A stretch of 64,000 nucleotides of DNA. Origin: Candidatus Oxydemutatoraceae bacterium (GTDB lineage Bacteria > Pseudomonadota > Gammaproteobacteria > Poriferisulfidales > Oxydemutatoraceae). Numbering within the stretch: the first letter of the stretch is position 1; each line of letters starts with the position of its first letter. Below, in pieces: positions 1 to 10,414 of the stretch. The stretch covers positions 192,001 to 256,000 of the forward strand of contig CBDCOZ010000003.1 in the NCBI GenBank assembly GCA_965220085.1, written 5' to 3'. The notes below the pieces were generated by a model. That model was not told the DNA's origin. It searched no databases and worked only from the letters and a program-made list of their open reading frames with translations. The position numbers and the translations under genes are program-made.

Positions 1-24
1 CATCATTCACCCGATTGAGAAAAC

Positions 25-232
25 TGCCAGCACTGGTCAAGCAAGCGATTGGCGCTATCGCCATTGCGGATGTGTTGCAATGGATGCCGGACTTGCCCAA
101 GACGCGCTCGGGCAAAATCATGCGGCGGATTCTGCGCAAGATTGCGTACGGTGAGACCGATGCAATCGGCAACACCTCGACACTCGCAGACCCACCGTCG
201 TTGAGGCAATCATCAAAGACAAAGCCGACTAG
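25..232 (+). pseudogene. acs: Orphan 3' tail of acetyl-CoA synthetase (frameshifted)
   Basis: Translation [18 protein letters not shown]...GNTSTLADP is the Acs C-terminal A10 motif. No N-terminal part lies immediately upstream, and there is a 1-nt deletion relative to the copy at 3251. Confidence 0.85.
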
Positions 233-1575
233 CTTGGACAACGTTTGCCCTCTCCATACCATTCATTAAGGTATTTTAAAGGGACCTCCGTATCCCAATA
301 TTCAATTATCACATCGGCCATTTTTTCAGATAATGTTCCACAGCGGGCATTATAAATAGAAGCTTCTTTATTTCGACGCGAATCAAGTCGGCCTTCAATC
401 TTTGACTTTATCTTACCGGGCACCCCATCGGGTAGTTCAGAGATAATCTCCATAATCTCCTCAATATGCCCTGGTTTTAACTCTCCAAAATTGCAACCAT
501 CTAGACTTGATCGCTTATTAGTGCGTTCCTTTATTCTTGCCTTACCATCATCGTTGCTAGTGTCCTGTGATGAACAAGATGCGCCTTGTAATTGGGCCTT
601 AGAGAGATTTGCGCCTTGTGATTGGGCGTAAGAGAGATTTGCCCCTTGTAATTGGGCGTAAGAGAGATTTGCGCCTTGTAATTGGGCGGAATCGAGATTT
701 GCCCCTTGTAATTGGGCGCCAAGGAGATCTGCACCTTGTAATTTTGCCCCATGGAGATCTGCTTCGTTCAGGTGGGCCTGTTGAAAGTCGGCACACCTAA
801 ATGAGCGGCTATTATATGTCTGATTTGCTAACTGAAGCTGAGGCACGCTAATTATTCCTGGCGTAAATATTCCTGCAATCGGTTTAAAAATTCCTTCATC
901 TGCATAAGCAGTACAGTCTCCCTGATTTATTTGGTAATAGTTGAATCCTGCGAATACAACAAGCACCGTTTGCAATAACACAAATATCCATGTGACTTTG
1001 TCCTTCCAGAAGGAATACGGTAAATCGTAATAGCGTGTTGTAATGAGAGGCAGGGGTATAAGAATACCGTTCCATAACACAAACCCGAAATTTTGGTAGT
1101 CAATAATCCTGACAAACAAGAAAAGGATAGTTAGCATTGGCAGTATAATCAGTGTGAATGCGCTAAACCGTTGAGCAAACCACTTTCCTCTCCCTTCCGA
1201 AAGCATTACGGAAAAGTCAAAAACAAAAGGTGCCGATGGCATCGCTTTCCTATTTCTTTGTCGTTCCCACTCAAGTTTCTTTTTGTGTTGATTCAAGTTG
1301 AAGCATAAATATAGCTGTAGTCCGATAAGTATCAGAGCGCCAAGCGTATAAAAAACTAAAAATGGGATTGTGGTGCCAGCAAATGGGATAGTGATACCGT
1401 TGCCAGTTAAATCTAACAAATCCGCATCCGATGTGGATAGGGTTGCGAACATGATAAAAAGACAAAGCCCGATAAAGGACATGTAGAGGTGTCTGTTAGT
1501 GGCTACAGATGCATTTAGAGCCTCTGTGAGCTCATAAGGTGGTGTGCTTGAGGTTTGCATTTTTGTGGATATCAA
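229..1575 (-). CDS. Multi-pass membrane protein with C-terminal pentapeptide repeats
   Basis: Several hydrophobic segments, then A(D/N)LxxAQLQG repeats (30-bp DNA repeats at ~580-780). Paralog at 3466-5212. Confidence 0.85.
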   Translation of the reverse strand: MISTKMQTSSTPPYELTEALNASVATNRHLYMSFIGLCLFIMFATLSTSDADLLDLTGNGITIPFAGTTIPFLVFYTLGALILIGLQLYLCFNLNQHKKKLEWERQRNRKAMPSAPFVFDFSVMLSEGRGKWFAQRFSAFTLIILPMLTILFLFVRIIDYQNFGFVLWNGILIPLPLITTRYYDLPYSFWKDKVTWIFVLLQTVLVVFAGFNYYQINQGDCTAYADEGIFKPIAGIFTPGIISVPQLQLANQTYNSRSFRCADFQQAHLNEADLHGAKLQGADLLGAQLQGANLDSAQLQGANLSYAQLQGANLSYAQSQGANLSKAQLQGASCSSQDTSNDDGKARIKERTNKRSSLDGCNFGELKPGHIEEIMEIISELPDGVPGKIKSKIEGRLDSRRNKEASIYNARCGTLSEKMADVIIEYWDTEVPLKYLNEWYGEGKRCPS

Positions 1576-1827
1576 AATGTATGCTCATCTATATTGGTAA
1601 ATGCCATAGCCTAGCAGGCTCATGTCCATTTAATCATATCCTAAATAATGAGGTTTATAACTTTGGATTGCGCCCGCACAATAGGCAACTACAAAGGCAT
1701 AACTAGCAATATATTGGCCTATATATGACTCTGTATCCTGAGGATAATAAAGAAATCTTTCGTTTTCCTAAGCACAGTTTGCACAGGTTATAACGCTTAT
1801 TATAATTCCGAAAAGGGAGAGAGTGTA

Positions 1828-1882
1828 TGATACCATGACACAATATTTGCCCCATGTGTCCAATATGCCATGGCATCATACA
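1828..1882 (+). mobile_element. IS481-family right-end remnant
   Basis: cccatgtgtccaatatgccatggcatcataca matches the end motif repeated across the window. Confidence 0.6.
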
Positions 1883-2736
1883 GTCACTTGAAAAAAACAT
1901 TTTTAACCCTGCTCTTGCTGGGGGTATCGCCACTATTGTCGGCTGCTTACTTTTGCGGAGGCGAAGGAGAGCCTCCGGCGGGTTGTGGCTTGGAGGACGC
2001 TTTGAGGCACTACAAAGCCAGCCCGGAAAATGCTGATTTTTTAGGTGAGTCTGTTGGTCTTGTAAGGACTAGAAGAACAGACGGGGAAAATTATGGCGCT
2101 ACGGGTTTTATCGTAAGAACAGAAAATTGCACTGGGAACGATCTTATTTTTACAAATGCTCATAGCTTCTTTGATTGTAAAACGGGGAAGCTTTATGCGA
2201 AGAGCTCAAAGTTTTGTCTTAATGGAAAATGTTATAAGTTGGATCTTGATGCCATCCCCACAATGGACAGAAAGGGAATGCTTGGTGCAAAAAAGTTGAC
2301 TTCTAAGGAAAGATCTTTGGACTATATCGTCGTTCCTATCAAAGGCAAAAAAAGACCCGCTCCTAAAGCGGTGGCAACGCTTGCTGATTTTCACAATGCC
2401 TATAACTTTAATAAGCCTATGATGTTCGCAGGGTATCACATTGACAAGAAAGATGTTTACTTTGTTCAGGGATGTAAGATCACCCATAACCTTGAAGAGA
2501 ATCTTGATGCCATTTTTCATAATTGCCCAGGTAAGGTAGGTTTTTCCGGAGGGCCTCTTATAAACAGGAGAATTATTCACGGCCGTGAACATCATAAAAT
2601 TGTGGCGTTTCATGCTAGTGATGGAAAGGGAAAGAATGGACAGCCCTACAACCCATATGATAAGAGATTCAATAGAGGCGGTGCCATTTCACAAGATCTC
2701 ATTGATAATCTAAACTCATATTGCTCTGAGGGCTAA
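1870..2736 (+). CDS. Secreted trypsin-like serine protease (paralog of the 24.8-29.0 kb array; start may be TTG at 1888)
   Basis: Signal peptide, plus catalytic-triad motifs TNAH, LDY and GFSGGP. Confidence 0.85.
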   Translation: MASYSHLKKTFLTLLLLGVSPLLSAAYFCGGEGEPPAGCGLEDALRHYKASPENADFLGESVGLVRTRRTDGENYGATGFIVRTENCTGNDLIFTNAHSFFDCKTGKLYAKSSKFCLNGKCYKLDLDAIPTMDRKGMLGAKKLTSKERSLDYIVVPIKGKKRPAPKAVATLADFHNAYNFNKPMMFAGYHIDKKDVYFVQGCKITHNLEENLDAIFHNCPGKVGFSGGPLINRRIIHGREHHKIVAFHASDGKGKNGQPYNPYDKRFNRGGAISQDLIDNLNSYCSEG

Positions 2737-2836
2737 AGCGCAAAAATTAAAATTTCTGCCTGGGCCGGAGGACATGTTTCTTGGATGGCTTCAAGCGCAG
2801 GATTGTATAAGCAGGCGCACAGCAGAAGTAAGCCGC

Positions 2837-3055
2837 TGTTTGATGCCATGACGTATCGGACACATGGGCAAATGTTGTGTCATGGCGCTTGAAGCCTCAG
2901 TCTGTAGTGTGGTCGTTGGGTATCAAGCCATACCAGACACTTTATCCGACGATTATGGAATGTCCGCCACATTCGGCCCGCAACAAACCCTCTTCAAATT
3001 CCACAAACTCTTCCCGAAGGGCGCGGTCAAAGCGTTCATTGAACGCATTCATCAT
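2837..3055 (-). mobile_element. IS481-family transposase C-terminal remnant plus right end
   Basis: Minus strand reads MNAFNERFDRALREEFVEFEEGLL (integrase-core NxxxERFxRxxxEEF). It ends in the inverted repeat TGTTTGATGCCA. Confidence 0.7.
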
Positions 3056-3159
3056 TCAAGCGAGGGCGGATTTCGGCGCGGACATTCTTGTCTTTCCGAA
3101 AAGACGATTCGTAATGTTTGAAAGAAAAGTGTTCATGTTCCGGTGGCACCCTTCACGAG

Positions 3160-3255
3160 CAATCATATGTGTGTTCCTCCTGCGGGGAATTCGTCATCGC
3201 CTCTGCAGACGATGTATTTTTGCATCACTCCGACATCATCGCAAATCCGGTTGAG
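3160..3255 (-). pseudogene. Orphan 3' fragment of the AAA/DUF4143 ATPase at 8993-10237
   Basis: RICDDVGVMQKYIVCRGDDEFPAG vs resident RVCDDVGAMQRYIVYGGDDEFPAG; DNA match to ~9040-9130. Confidence 0.8.
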
Positions 3256-3469
3256 AAAACTGCCGGCGTTGGTCAAGCAAGCGATTGGCGCTATCGCCAT
3301 TGCGGATGTGTCGCAATGGATGCCGGACTTGCCCAAGACGCGCTCGGGCAAAATCATGCGGCGGATTCTGTGCAAGATCGCGTACGGTGAGACCGATGAG
3401 ATCGGCGATACCTCAACACTCGCCGACCGCACCGTCGTTGAAGCAATCATCAAAGGCAAAGCCGACTAG
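3251..3469 (+). pseudogene. acs: Second orphan acs 3' tail
   Basis: [33 protein letters not shown]; near-duplicate of 25-232. Confidence 0.85.
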
Positions 3470-5212
3470 CTTGGTGGACAAGGGTTGCCCTCTTTTTTAT
3501 ACCATTTATTAAGGTATTCTGAAGGGACCTCCGTATCCCAATACTGAATTATCACATTGGCCATTTCTTTAGATAATGTTCCACAGCGGGCATATCCAAT
3601 AGAAGCTTTTTCATTTTGATGCAAATTAAGTTGGTCTTCAATCTTTGACTTTATCTCATCAGGCACCCCATCGGGTAGTTCAGAGATAATCTCCTCAATA
3701 TGTTTTGGTTTTAACTCTCCAAAATCGCAACCATATAGACTTGATGGTTTATCAATGCGCTCCCTTATTCTTGCTTTACCATCATTGTAGATAGTGCGCT
3801 CCCATGAGATAGTGCGCTCCCATGAACAAGATGCGCCTTGTAATTGGGCCCAAGCAAGACTTACACCTTGTAATTGGGCGTCATAGAGGTTTGCGCCTTG
3901 TAATTGGGCGTCATAGAGCTCTGCGCCTTGTAATCTGGCCCCATGGAGATTTGCGCCTTGTAATTGGGCTTCATAGAGAGCTGAGCCTTGTAGTTTGGCC
4001 TTAGAGAGATCTGCGCCTTGTAATTGGACGGTAAAGAGAGCTGAGCCTTGCAATTGGGCGTCAGAGAAATCTGCGCCTTGTGATTGGGCGTCAGAGAAAT
4101 CTGCGCCTTGTAATTGGGCGTTAGAGAAATCTGCGCCTTGTGATTGGGCGTTAGAGAAATCTGCGCCTTGTAATTGGGCGTTAGAGAAATCTGCGCCTTG
4201 TGATTGGGCGTTAGAGAAATCTGCGCCTTGTAATTGGGCATCAGAGAGCTTTGCGCCTTGCAATTGGGCATCTTCTAATTTGGCCTTAGAGAGCTTTGCG
4301 CCTTGTAATTGGGCACCTTCTAATTTGGCCTTAGAGAGATTTGCTTTGTTCAGGTGAGCCTGTTGAAAGTTGGCACACCTAAATGAGCGGCCATTATATG
4401 CCTGATTTCTGCTGGCTTTATCCTCTGCTAACTGAGGCACGCTAATTATTCCTGGCGTAAACATTCCTTTTACCCTTGGTATAACAGTTTCTTTTATCCT
4501 TGGTATAACAGTTTCTTTTGTCCTTGGTACAGATGCAGAAGTTTCTTCAGGTGCATACGCAGAACAATCTCCCTGATAGATTGGGAGGTAGAAGGATATT
4601 GAGAGTGCAGGAAGTATAATAACTGGCGGTAATATAAAAAATATCCATGCGAATATGTCCTTCCAAAAAGAATACAGCAACTTGTGATAGCGGTATGCAG
4701 TATACAGAGAGAATACAAAAAAGGCACCGTTCCATGACACAAGCCAGGGCCCCTTGATAATCGATAATCCTGATAAGCAAAAAAAGGATAGTCAGCATTG
4801 GCAATGTTAATAATATGAATGCGTTAAATCGTTGGGCAGATAGCCTTTCTTTCCCTTCCGGAAGTATTATGGAAAAGTCAAAAACAAAAGGTATTGATGG
4901 TTCCCTCCCATTCTTTTCCAGCTTTTCTTTGTGTTGGTTCAAGTGGAAGCATAAATATCGTTGTAATGTGATGAGTATCGGAGCAACAAGCGTATAAAGA
5001 ACTAAAAATGGGATTGTAGTACCGGCAAATGGGATAGTGATACCGTTGCCAACCAAATCTAACAAATCCGCATCTGATGTGGATAGGGTTGCGGTCATAG
5101 TAAGAAGACAAATCCCGACGAAGAGTATATAGAGGCGTCTGTTAGTAGTTATAGATCCTCTTAGAGTCTCTGCGGAATCATCAGATGGTGTGTGCGGTTT
5201 TGTGGACATCAA
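3466..5212 (-). pseudogene. Membrane pentapeptide-repeat protein, split by a +1 frameshift near 4750
   Basis: ORFs 4547-5212 and 3466-4740 align to the N- and C-halves of 229-1575. There is an extra base in a short G run after IIDYQ, and the repeat tract is longer than in the paralog. Confidence 0.75.
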
Positions 5213-5422
5213 AATGTATGCTCATCTATATTGGTAAATGCCATAGCCTAGTAGGCTCACGTTCATTTAATAATACCCTAAATAATGAGGTCTATGATTA
5301 TGGGATTGCGCCCATGCAACAGCAACTACAGGGGTATAACTAGCAACACATTGGCCTGTATATAATTCTGTATACTGAGGACAATAGAGTGTTTGCAAGA
5401 GGGGGCATTAAGCAGCCGTTAG

Positions 5423-7198
5423 CTACTCTGCATCATCATCGGAGGTTGTTCCAAGGATTGATGTAAATTGTCTTTTGAGGGTTTCCCGGCGCACACTGAC
5501 AAAATCCAGAAAATCTTTGAACTCTAGCGATTGGCCCGGGCTAATGTAATGCTGTTCTAAATACCGGTCTCTTCCCGCTTTGTCAGGAAATTTGCTGTTT
5601 AGCCATTCTTTGAAGGGTTTGTCACGCTTCTCTATATTGTCCGTTCCCTCCAGCAACTGCAGATTGGCAATGCCATTTGCTTTCGCAGTAAACTCCTCAA
5701 TTTGCTGCTCTGAGCATACCGCGGTTCTCATAGAGCGTTTATTGAATTTGGACTTTGGATGAATGTGGTCTTGATGATATTTGAAATTATAGTTCAGCGC
5801 GGGGTATATAAGAGTGAGCGCACAGTATGTCTTGGCCTTGCCATATTGGAGATCGAGCAGATTATCAATCTCATCGCTGCCAAACGAAATAGATTTGGGT
5901 CCGCCCCTGTAGAAGGCGATAGCCTCTTTGAGCGGGAAATGACCAAGGTTGTCATTAACCAACTCACGCATGCGCGGATAGATGGTGTCAGGCTGACCGC
6001 CGAATATTCCTTTTAATAAGGCTCGCGCCAGCCATTCCTTGATGGCTTTTCTGTCATTCTCCAGGCTTCCCGATTGCAGTATCCGGTCTGCGCAATCATT
6101 TTTGTATATAAAGTAGGCAATGGGTATGATGGCGTTTGTGGCTATCAGATTTTCCGCGCTGTAACCAAGTTTTGCCACCAACTCGATAGCGGATCTCAAC
6201 GCCGAAGAAGTTTTCTCCCAAGCCTTTTCAATAATCCTCATGTTTTCCTTATTAAAATTATCGACCTTGAACTTCACATCGGGGAAGTCTGCCAAAACGA
6301 GGCAATTCTTGAGGACGAGGTCTTTGTTAAAAGCGAATCCATCCCCGATATTATTGATGTCATCGACAAACTCATGGATGACCTCTCGCGCATCTCTTTC
6401 GTCCCACTGCGCGGTAGCAATCGAGAGAAGCAAATCGGAATAACTGAGCGTAGTGCCGCCGCTATTGATGCGAATGAATATCTGGAGAACCTTATCCAGC
6501 TCTTCGGATTCTTCAAGATAGGAGCTTATCGTCCCTTTCTGATGGATGGTGTTGAAGAAAGAGTGGAGCGTATTAATGGCATATTCAGATTGCTGTTTAG
6601 TATGGACTGATGTGTCCATCAGTTGGTTCTTCATTAAGTATAGAGACACTTCGTTGATATCCTTGAAGTTCATGATTTCATTACAAGGGAACCAGTGGAA
6701 GTCTTCATTGCGCTTTGATACATCTTCGTCCGTCAGGAAACGGAAGTCGTATTCGGATTCCAACTCATCCGATGGCTTCAATAGGTTCAGATACAGTTTG
6801 CGTTCGGGGTAAGCCTTCGGGTTTTTGCGGGCCATGCGTGGTTTTTTGCAGGCGTAGCTCCCTGTTAGCGCCAAATAAAGCGATGTCATGCGTTGCTGAC
6901 CGTCTAGTATGGCGGTAATATCTTCGTCACCCGCAAGGTTCGCTTTTTGATTATGCCTGCAGTCTTTCTCATGGTATTTTTTCAGGAACTCATAAAACTG
7001 AAAATCTTTGATTTTGTCTTTATCGACTTTCCAGAATAAGAAAGTGCCAATAGGGTAATGGCGCATGAGCGAATCAAACAGTGTCTCAATTTGGTTTGTG
7101 CTCCATACGAACTCACGCTGAATAGAGGGCAACACATAGTGCTGTTTTCTTATTTCCTGAATAACTTCTTTGATTGTTTTTGCGGTTTGATACGACAT
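5423..7198 (-). CDS. DUF262/DUF1524 GmrSD-family (type IV restriction-like) protein
   Basis: Motifs LPSIQREFVW, LDGQQRMTS and FIRINSGG; C-terminal DHIHP HNH-like motif. Confidence 0.85.
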   Translation of the reverse strand: MSYQTAKTIKEVIQEIRKQHYVLPSIQREFVWSTNQIETLFDSLMRHYPIGTFLFWKVDKDKIKDFQFYEFLKKYHEKDCRHNQKANLAGDEDITAILDGQQRMTSLYLALTGSYACKKPRMARKNPKAYPERKLYLNLLKPSDELESEYDFRFLTDEDVSKRNEDFHWFPCNEIMNFKDINEVSLYLMKNQLMDTSVHTKQQSEYAINTLHSFFNTIHQKGTISSYLEESEELDKVLQIFIRINSGGTTLSYSDLLLSIATAQWDERDAREVIHEFVDDINNIGDGFAFNKDLVLKNCLVLADFPDVKFKVDNFNKENMRIIEKAWEKTSSALRSAIELVAKLGYSAENLIATNAIIPIAYFIYKNDCADRILQSGSLENDRKAIKEWLARALLKGIFGGQPDTIYPRMRELVNDNLGHFPLKEAIAFYRGGPKSISFGSDEIDNLLDLQYGKAKTYCALTLIYPALNYNFKYHQDHIHPKSKFNKRSMRTAVCSEQQIEEFTAKANGIANLQLLEGTDNIEKRDKPFKEWLNSKFPDKAGRDRYLEQHYISPGQSLEFKDFLDFVSVRRETLKRQFTSILGTTSDDDAE

Positions 7199-7392
7199 GC
7201 TGTCCTCACTATAATTCTGCGTTATCTATATGATCAAGTCCCACATCCAATAACATCCTGCCTTTAAGGGCTACGAGGGATTTTTGGAATTAGAGACGCC
7301 GCCCGGAGGCGGCATCGGGCCGAGGATACTATCCTCGGGGTGGTGAATATTTGGCAGTCTACCGCCATCCGGAATAGGTGTCAAGTTTCCGG

Positions 7393-7566
7393 ATGTTGCC
7401 ATGAACCCAGAGGGTCTCTGGCATTATTCAATCTATGAGTCATTAAGACCAAACAGAAACTTGAAGTCTTTGCATTTAAGAGACCGCACTACGGGCTGAA
7501 GCCACAAGCATCAATGACACAGCGCAACATTTGCCCCATATGCTCAACACATGTTGGCATCATGCA
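7393..7566 (+). mobile_element. MITE-like internally deleted IS481 derivative (left end fused to right end)
   Basis: Left-end motif ...ctggcattattca, then KRPHYGL-like coding remnant, then right end ...ggcatcatgca. Confidence 0.55.
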
Positions 7567-7646
7567 ATCTTGAGGAGACTAAAAAAGTCTTTCGTTTTCT
7601 TGAGCACAGCTTGCATAAGTTATAATTCCGAGAAAAGGAGAGAGCG

Positions 7647-7871
7647 ATGACTCAGTTAAAGGTAACGACCGTTGGCAATTCGATTGGCGTGGTGCTTCCA
7701 AAAGAGGCGCTGGTCAAGTTGCGCGTTAGAAAAGGCGATACGCTTTATGCCGTTGAAACTTCCAATGGCATTGAATTAAGCGCATGCAATCCGGAAATTG
7801 CCGGACAGATGGACGCGGCAGAAACCATCATGCGCGACAACCGCGATGCGCTGAAAAAACTGGCTGAGTAA
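7647..7871 (+). CDS. AbrB/MazE/SpoVT-family antitoxin (no intact toxin downstream)
   Basis: LKVTTVGNSIGVVLPKEALVKL...GDTLY swapped-hairpin signature; RBS aggag. Confidence 0.9.
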   Translation: MTQLKVTTVGNSIGVVLPKEALVKLRVRKGDTLYAVETSNGIELSACNPEIAGQMDAAETIMRDNRDALKKLAE

Positions 7872-8230
7872 TGACCAAACCTGACTTGGGACACCGAAGC
7901 GTTGGCAACTTGGATTGCATCGCGCTGTTAGTTTGAGGCAAGTGCTAACCCCTTGCAATCGGCAGGGGCGATTGCTCGGGCGCAACGGATGGCAGATGGC
8001 ATCGGCCAAACCCAAGCGGGATATTCTCCCGCAGGAATCACCCAAGCATCAAAACCGGCAAGCCTGACTTGGGACACCGAAGCGTTGGCAACTTGGATTG
8101 CATCGCGCTGTTAGTTTGAGGCAAGCGCTAATCCTCTGCCATCGGCAGGGGCGTTTGCTCGGGCGCAACGGATGGCAGATGGCATCGGCCAAACCCAAGC
8201 GGGATATTCTCCCGCGGGAATCACCCAAGC
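7872..8230. repeat. 183-bp tandem duplication made of fic 5' fragment plus alkB 3' fragment
   Basis: cctgacttgggacaccgaagcg at 7880 and 8063 also matches the fic start (~10452); each unit ends with the alkB stop region. Confidence 0.75.
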
Positions 8231-8860
8231 AAAACGATTCTGAAAGTCAGAGAAACGCGGCGGGCGCGTCTTATTTCCTTGCCATTTTGTTTGTCTGATC
8301 GGCGTGTCGCGATTCCGTGCCGCCATTTTGTCCGGCCTTCGCCGGCGTAGACCATCAGGCTGCGGCGCAGAACGGCGACATCAAAGTTTTTCTTGTCGCT
8401 GTCATCCGGCGCGTGCAAGCGCAACAAACAATCGCCGCCAAGCGACACCGCCGCAACACGGTCGCCAAAGCAATCGCGGTCAATATGCGGCGCGATGCCC
8501 TGTCCCGGTTCGTACTCATTGACAATCAACTGGTCGGGCATGGCCTCCAAATAGTTTTCGTCTTGCAGCCGCTTGGCAAGCGACATCACCCAATGCGGCA
8601 ACGGCGCGATGCGGTCGTTTTCAGAAATCGCGCGCTTTTTATAATCATACCGGAAGCCATAGTGTTGCACGCGCCGGCGCAAATCGGTCAGCCACGGCGG
8701 CATCAATTTCTTGCAAGAGATTTTCTTCTTCCTGCGGCGATACGAAGTCGGGCTCATAGATGATGCCGATGCTTTCCAACCGCCTGTTTTTGTTTGCATC
8801 AACAACAAGGTTCTCAGCCGACAACTCATTGCCAATGGATAAATTTCGTTGCTCAAGCAT
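8221..8860 (-). pseudogene. AlkB-like 2OG-Fe(II) oxygenase with a frameshift near 8697
   Basis: RRVQHYGFRYDY, NEYEPGQGIAPHID, WRHGI and RVSLTFR motifs. The N-terminus (YEPDFVSPQEEENLL) lies in another frame, ORF 8645-8860. Confidence 0.75.
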
Positions 8861-8992
8861 TTCTTTTCCCCGTAACTTTTTCCATTTGGCTTAGTTTGGC
8901 GGCCACCCGCTGACAATCTTCCAAACCGCTAACAGTGTAACGCATTTTGTCATCTTGTCCCGATTTGTCCGCTGTCCGCAGCGCTTCCCGAA

Positions 8993-10237
8993 CTAGGAAT
9001 GCGCGCTTAGCTTTTGCATGAACTTCGCCAGCGAGATGACACGCGTGTCGCTTCCTGCGGGGAATTCGTCATCGCCTCCGTAGACGATGTATCTTTGCAT
9101 CGCTCCGACATCATCGCAAACCCGATTGAAGCGCTTGCCGACTTTCGGCGCGACGCCGTGTTTAATCTCCGCCGCCCATATGTCTGAGTTCGGCATCCTG
9201 ATAACCAGATCAATCTCCGCGCCGGCAGCCGTGCGATAGAAGCAGGTTTGCGCAAGGCGCGGGAGCGCCGAGTGGATGTTCTCAATCGCAAAGCCTTCCC
9301 AGCTTTTGCCGAGTATGGGGTGAGATAGCAGCGCATCATAGGCGCCGACGCCAAGCAGCCGATGCAGTATCCCGCTATTGCGGACATAATAACGCGGCGC
9401 CTTCACCAGCCTCTTTTTGACGTTGGCGCTCCAAGGTTCCACCCGTCGGACGAGCAGCAACTCCGTCAGGATGTCAATGTAGTGATTGACCGTTTTGCGA
9501 TCGACCTCCAAGTTGCTCGCTAACTTGGAGTAATTCGCCGTCTCCCCCTGCAGATGCGCGAGCATAGTCCACAGGCGGCGCAACCTTGTGGCGGCAACCC
9601 GAAACCCCATTTGAGGAACATCCCGTTCCAGATAAGCGCGGATGATATTTTCAAGCCTCTGCATGGCGATGGCATCGCTCTTTGCAAGATAGCTATCGGG
9701 AAGCCCGCCGCGCAGCCATAACTTGCGGACACTATCGGCGCCATCACCCCCTGTTTCCGAAACATTCAACCCGCTCATTTCCAGATAGCTAATGCGCCCG
9801 GTCAGACTCTCGGAGGATTGGCGCAACAAGTCCATAGACGCGGAACCGAGTAGCAAAAACTGTTCGCCTTCCTTGCCCGCCGCGCGATTCTTATCAATCA
9901 CTCCGCGCAATACCGCGAACAAATCCGGCGCGCGCTGAATTTCATCAAGGATGATGAGCTTGTCGTTGTTGTCTCGCAGGAATCGGTTCGGGTCGGCGAG
10001 CTTTGCCAAATCCTCCGGCGACTCAAGGTCGAGGTAAACGGAAGCCTTTTGCTTTGCGATGGCCTGCGCAAGCGTCGTCTTGCCCACCTGACGCGCGCCG
10101 AGCAAGACCACCGCGGGGGTGCGCTCTATCTCGGCTATGCATATGTCGGTTATCTGGCGGCGTATCATGCCTTGCATTATGGGAGTTAATCTCCCGAATT
10201 GCAAGGTATGGGTGGGTAGCACATCAGACCAAGACAT
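8993..10237 (-). CDS. AAA+ ATPase with DUF4143 (true start probably ~10170)
   Basis: Walker A GARQVGKTT, LDEIQR, LLGSAS, SWEGFAIE and EIDLV...AEIK. Confidence 0.9.
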   Translation of the reverse strand: MSWSDVLPTHTLQFGRLTPIMQGMIRRQITDICIAEIERTPAVVLLGARQVGKTTLAQAIAKQKASVYLDLESPEDLAKLADPNRFLRDNNDKLIILDEIQRAPDLFAVLRGVIDKNRAAGKEGEQFLLLGSASMDLLRQSSESLTGRISYLEMSGLNVSETGGDGADSVRKLWLRGGLPDSYLAKSDAIAMQRLENIIRAYLERDVPQMGFRVAATRLRRLWTMLAHLQGETANYSKLASNLEVDRKTVNHYIDILTELLLVRRVEPWSANVKKRLVKAPRYYVRNSGILHRLLGVGAYDALLSHPILGKSWEGFAIENIHSALPRLAQTCFYRTAAGAEIDLVIRMPNSDIWAAEIKHGVAPKVGKRFNRVCDDVGAMQRYIVYGGDDEFPAGSDTRVISLAKFMQKLSAHS

Positions 10238-10414
10238 TATATAGAGTGGAAGCGAGAGCCTGCGGCTACCTTTTGAAGCCGGTTCCGCAACACATGAGAC
10301 AAGACATCAGGCAAGACATTATATAGAGTGTGAAAGCCTTATAGCATCGCACATCCTGGGCAGTCAGCCTTGACGATGCGGTGAATAGCCTCTACAATCG
10401 CCGCAGATATTGCG

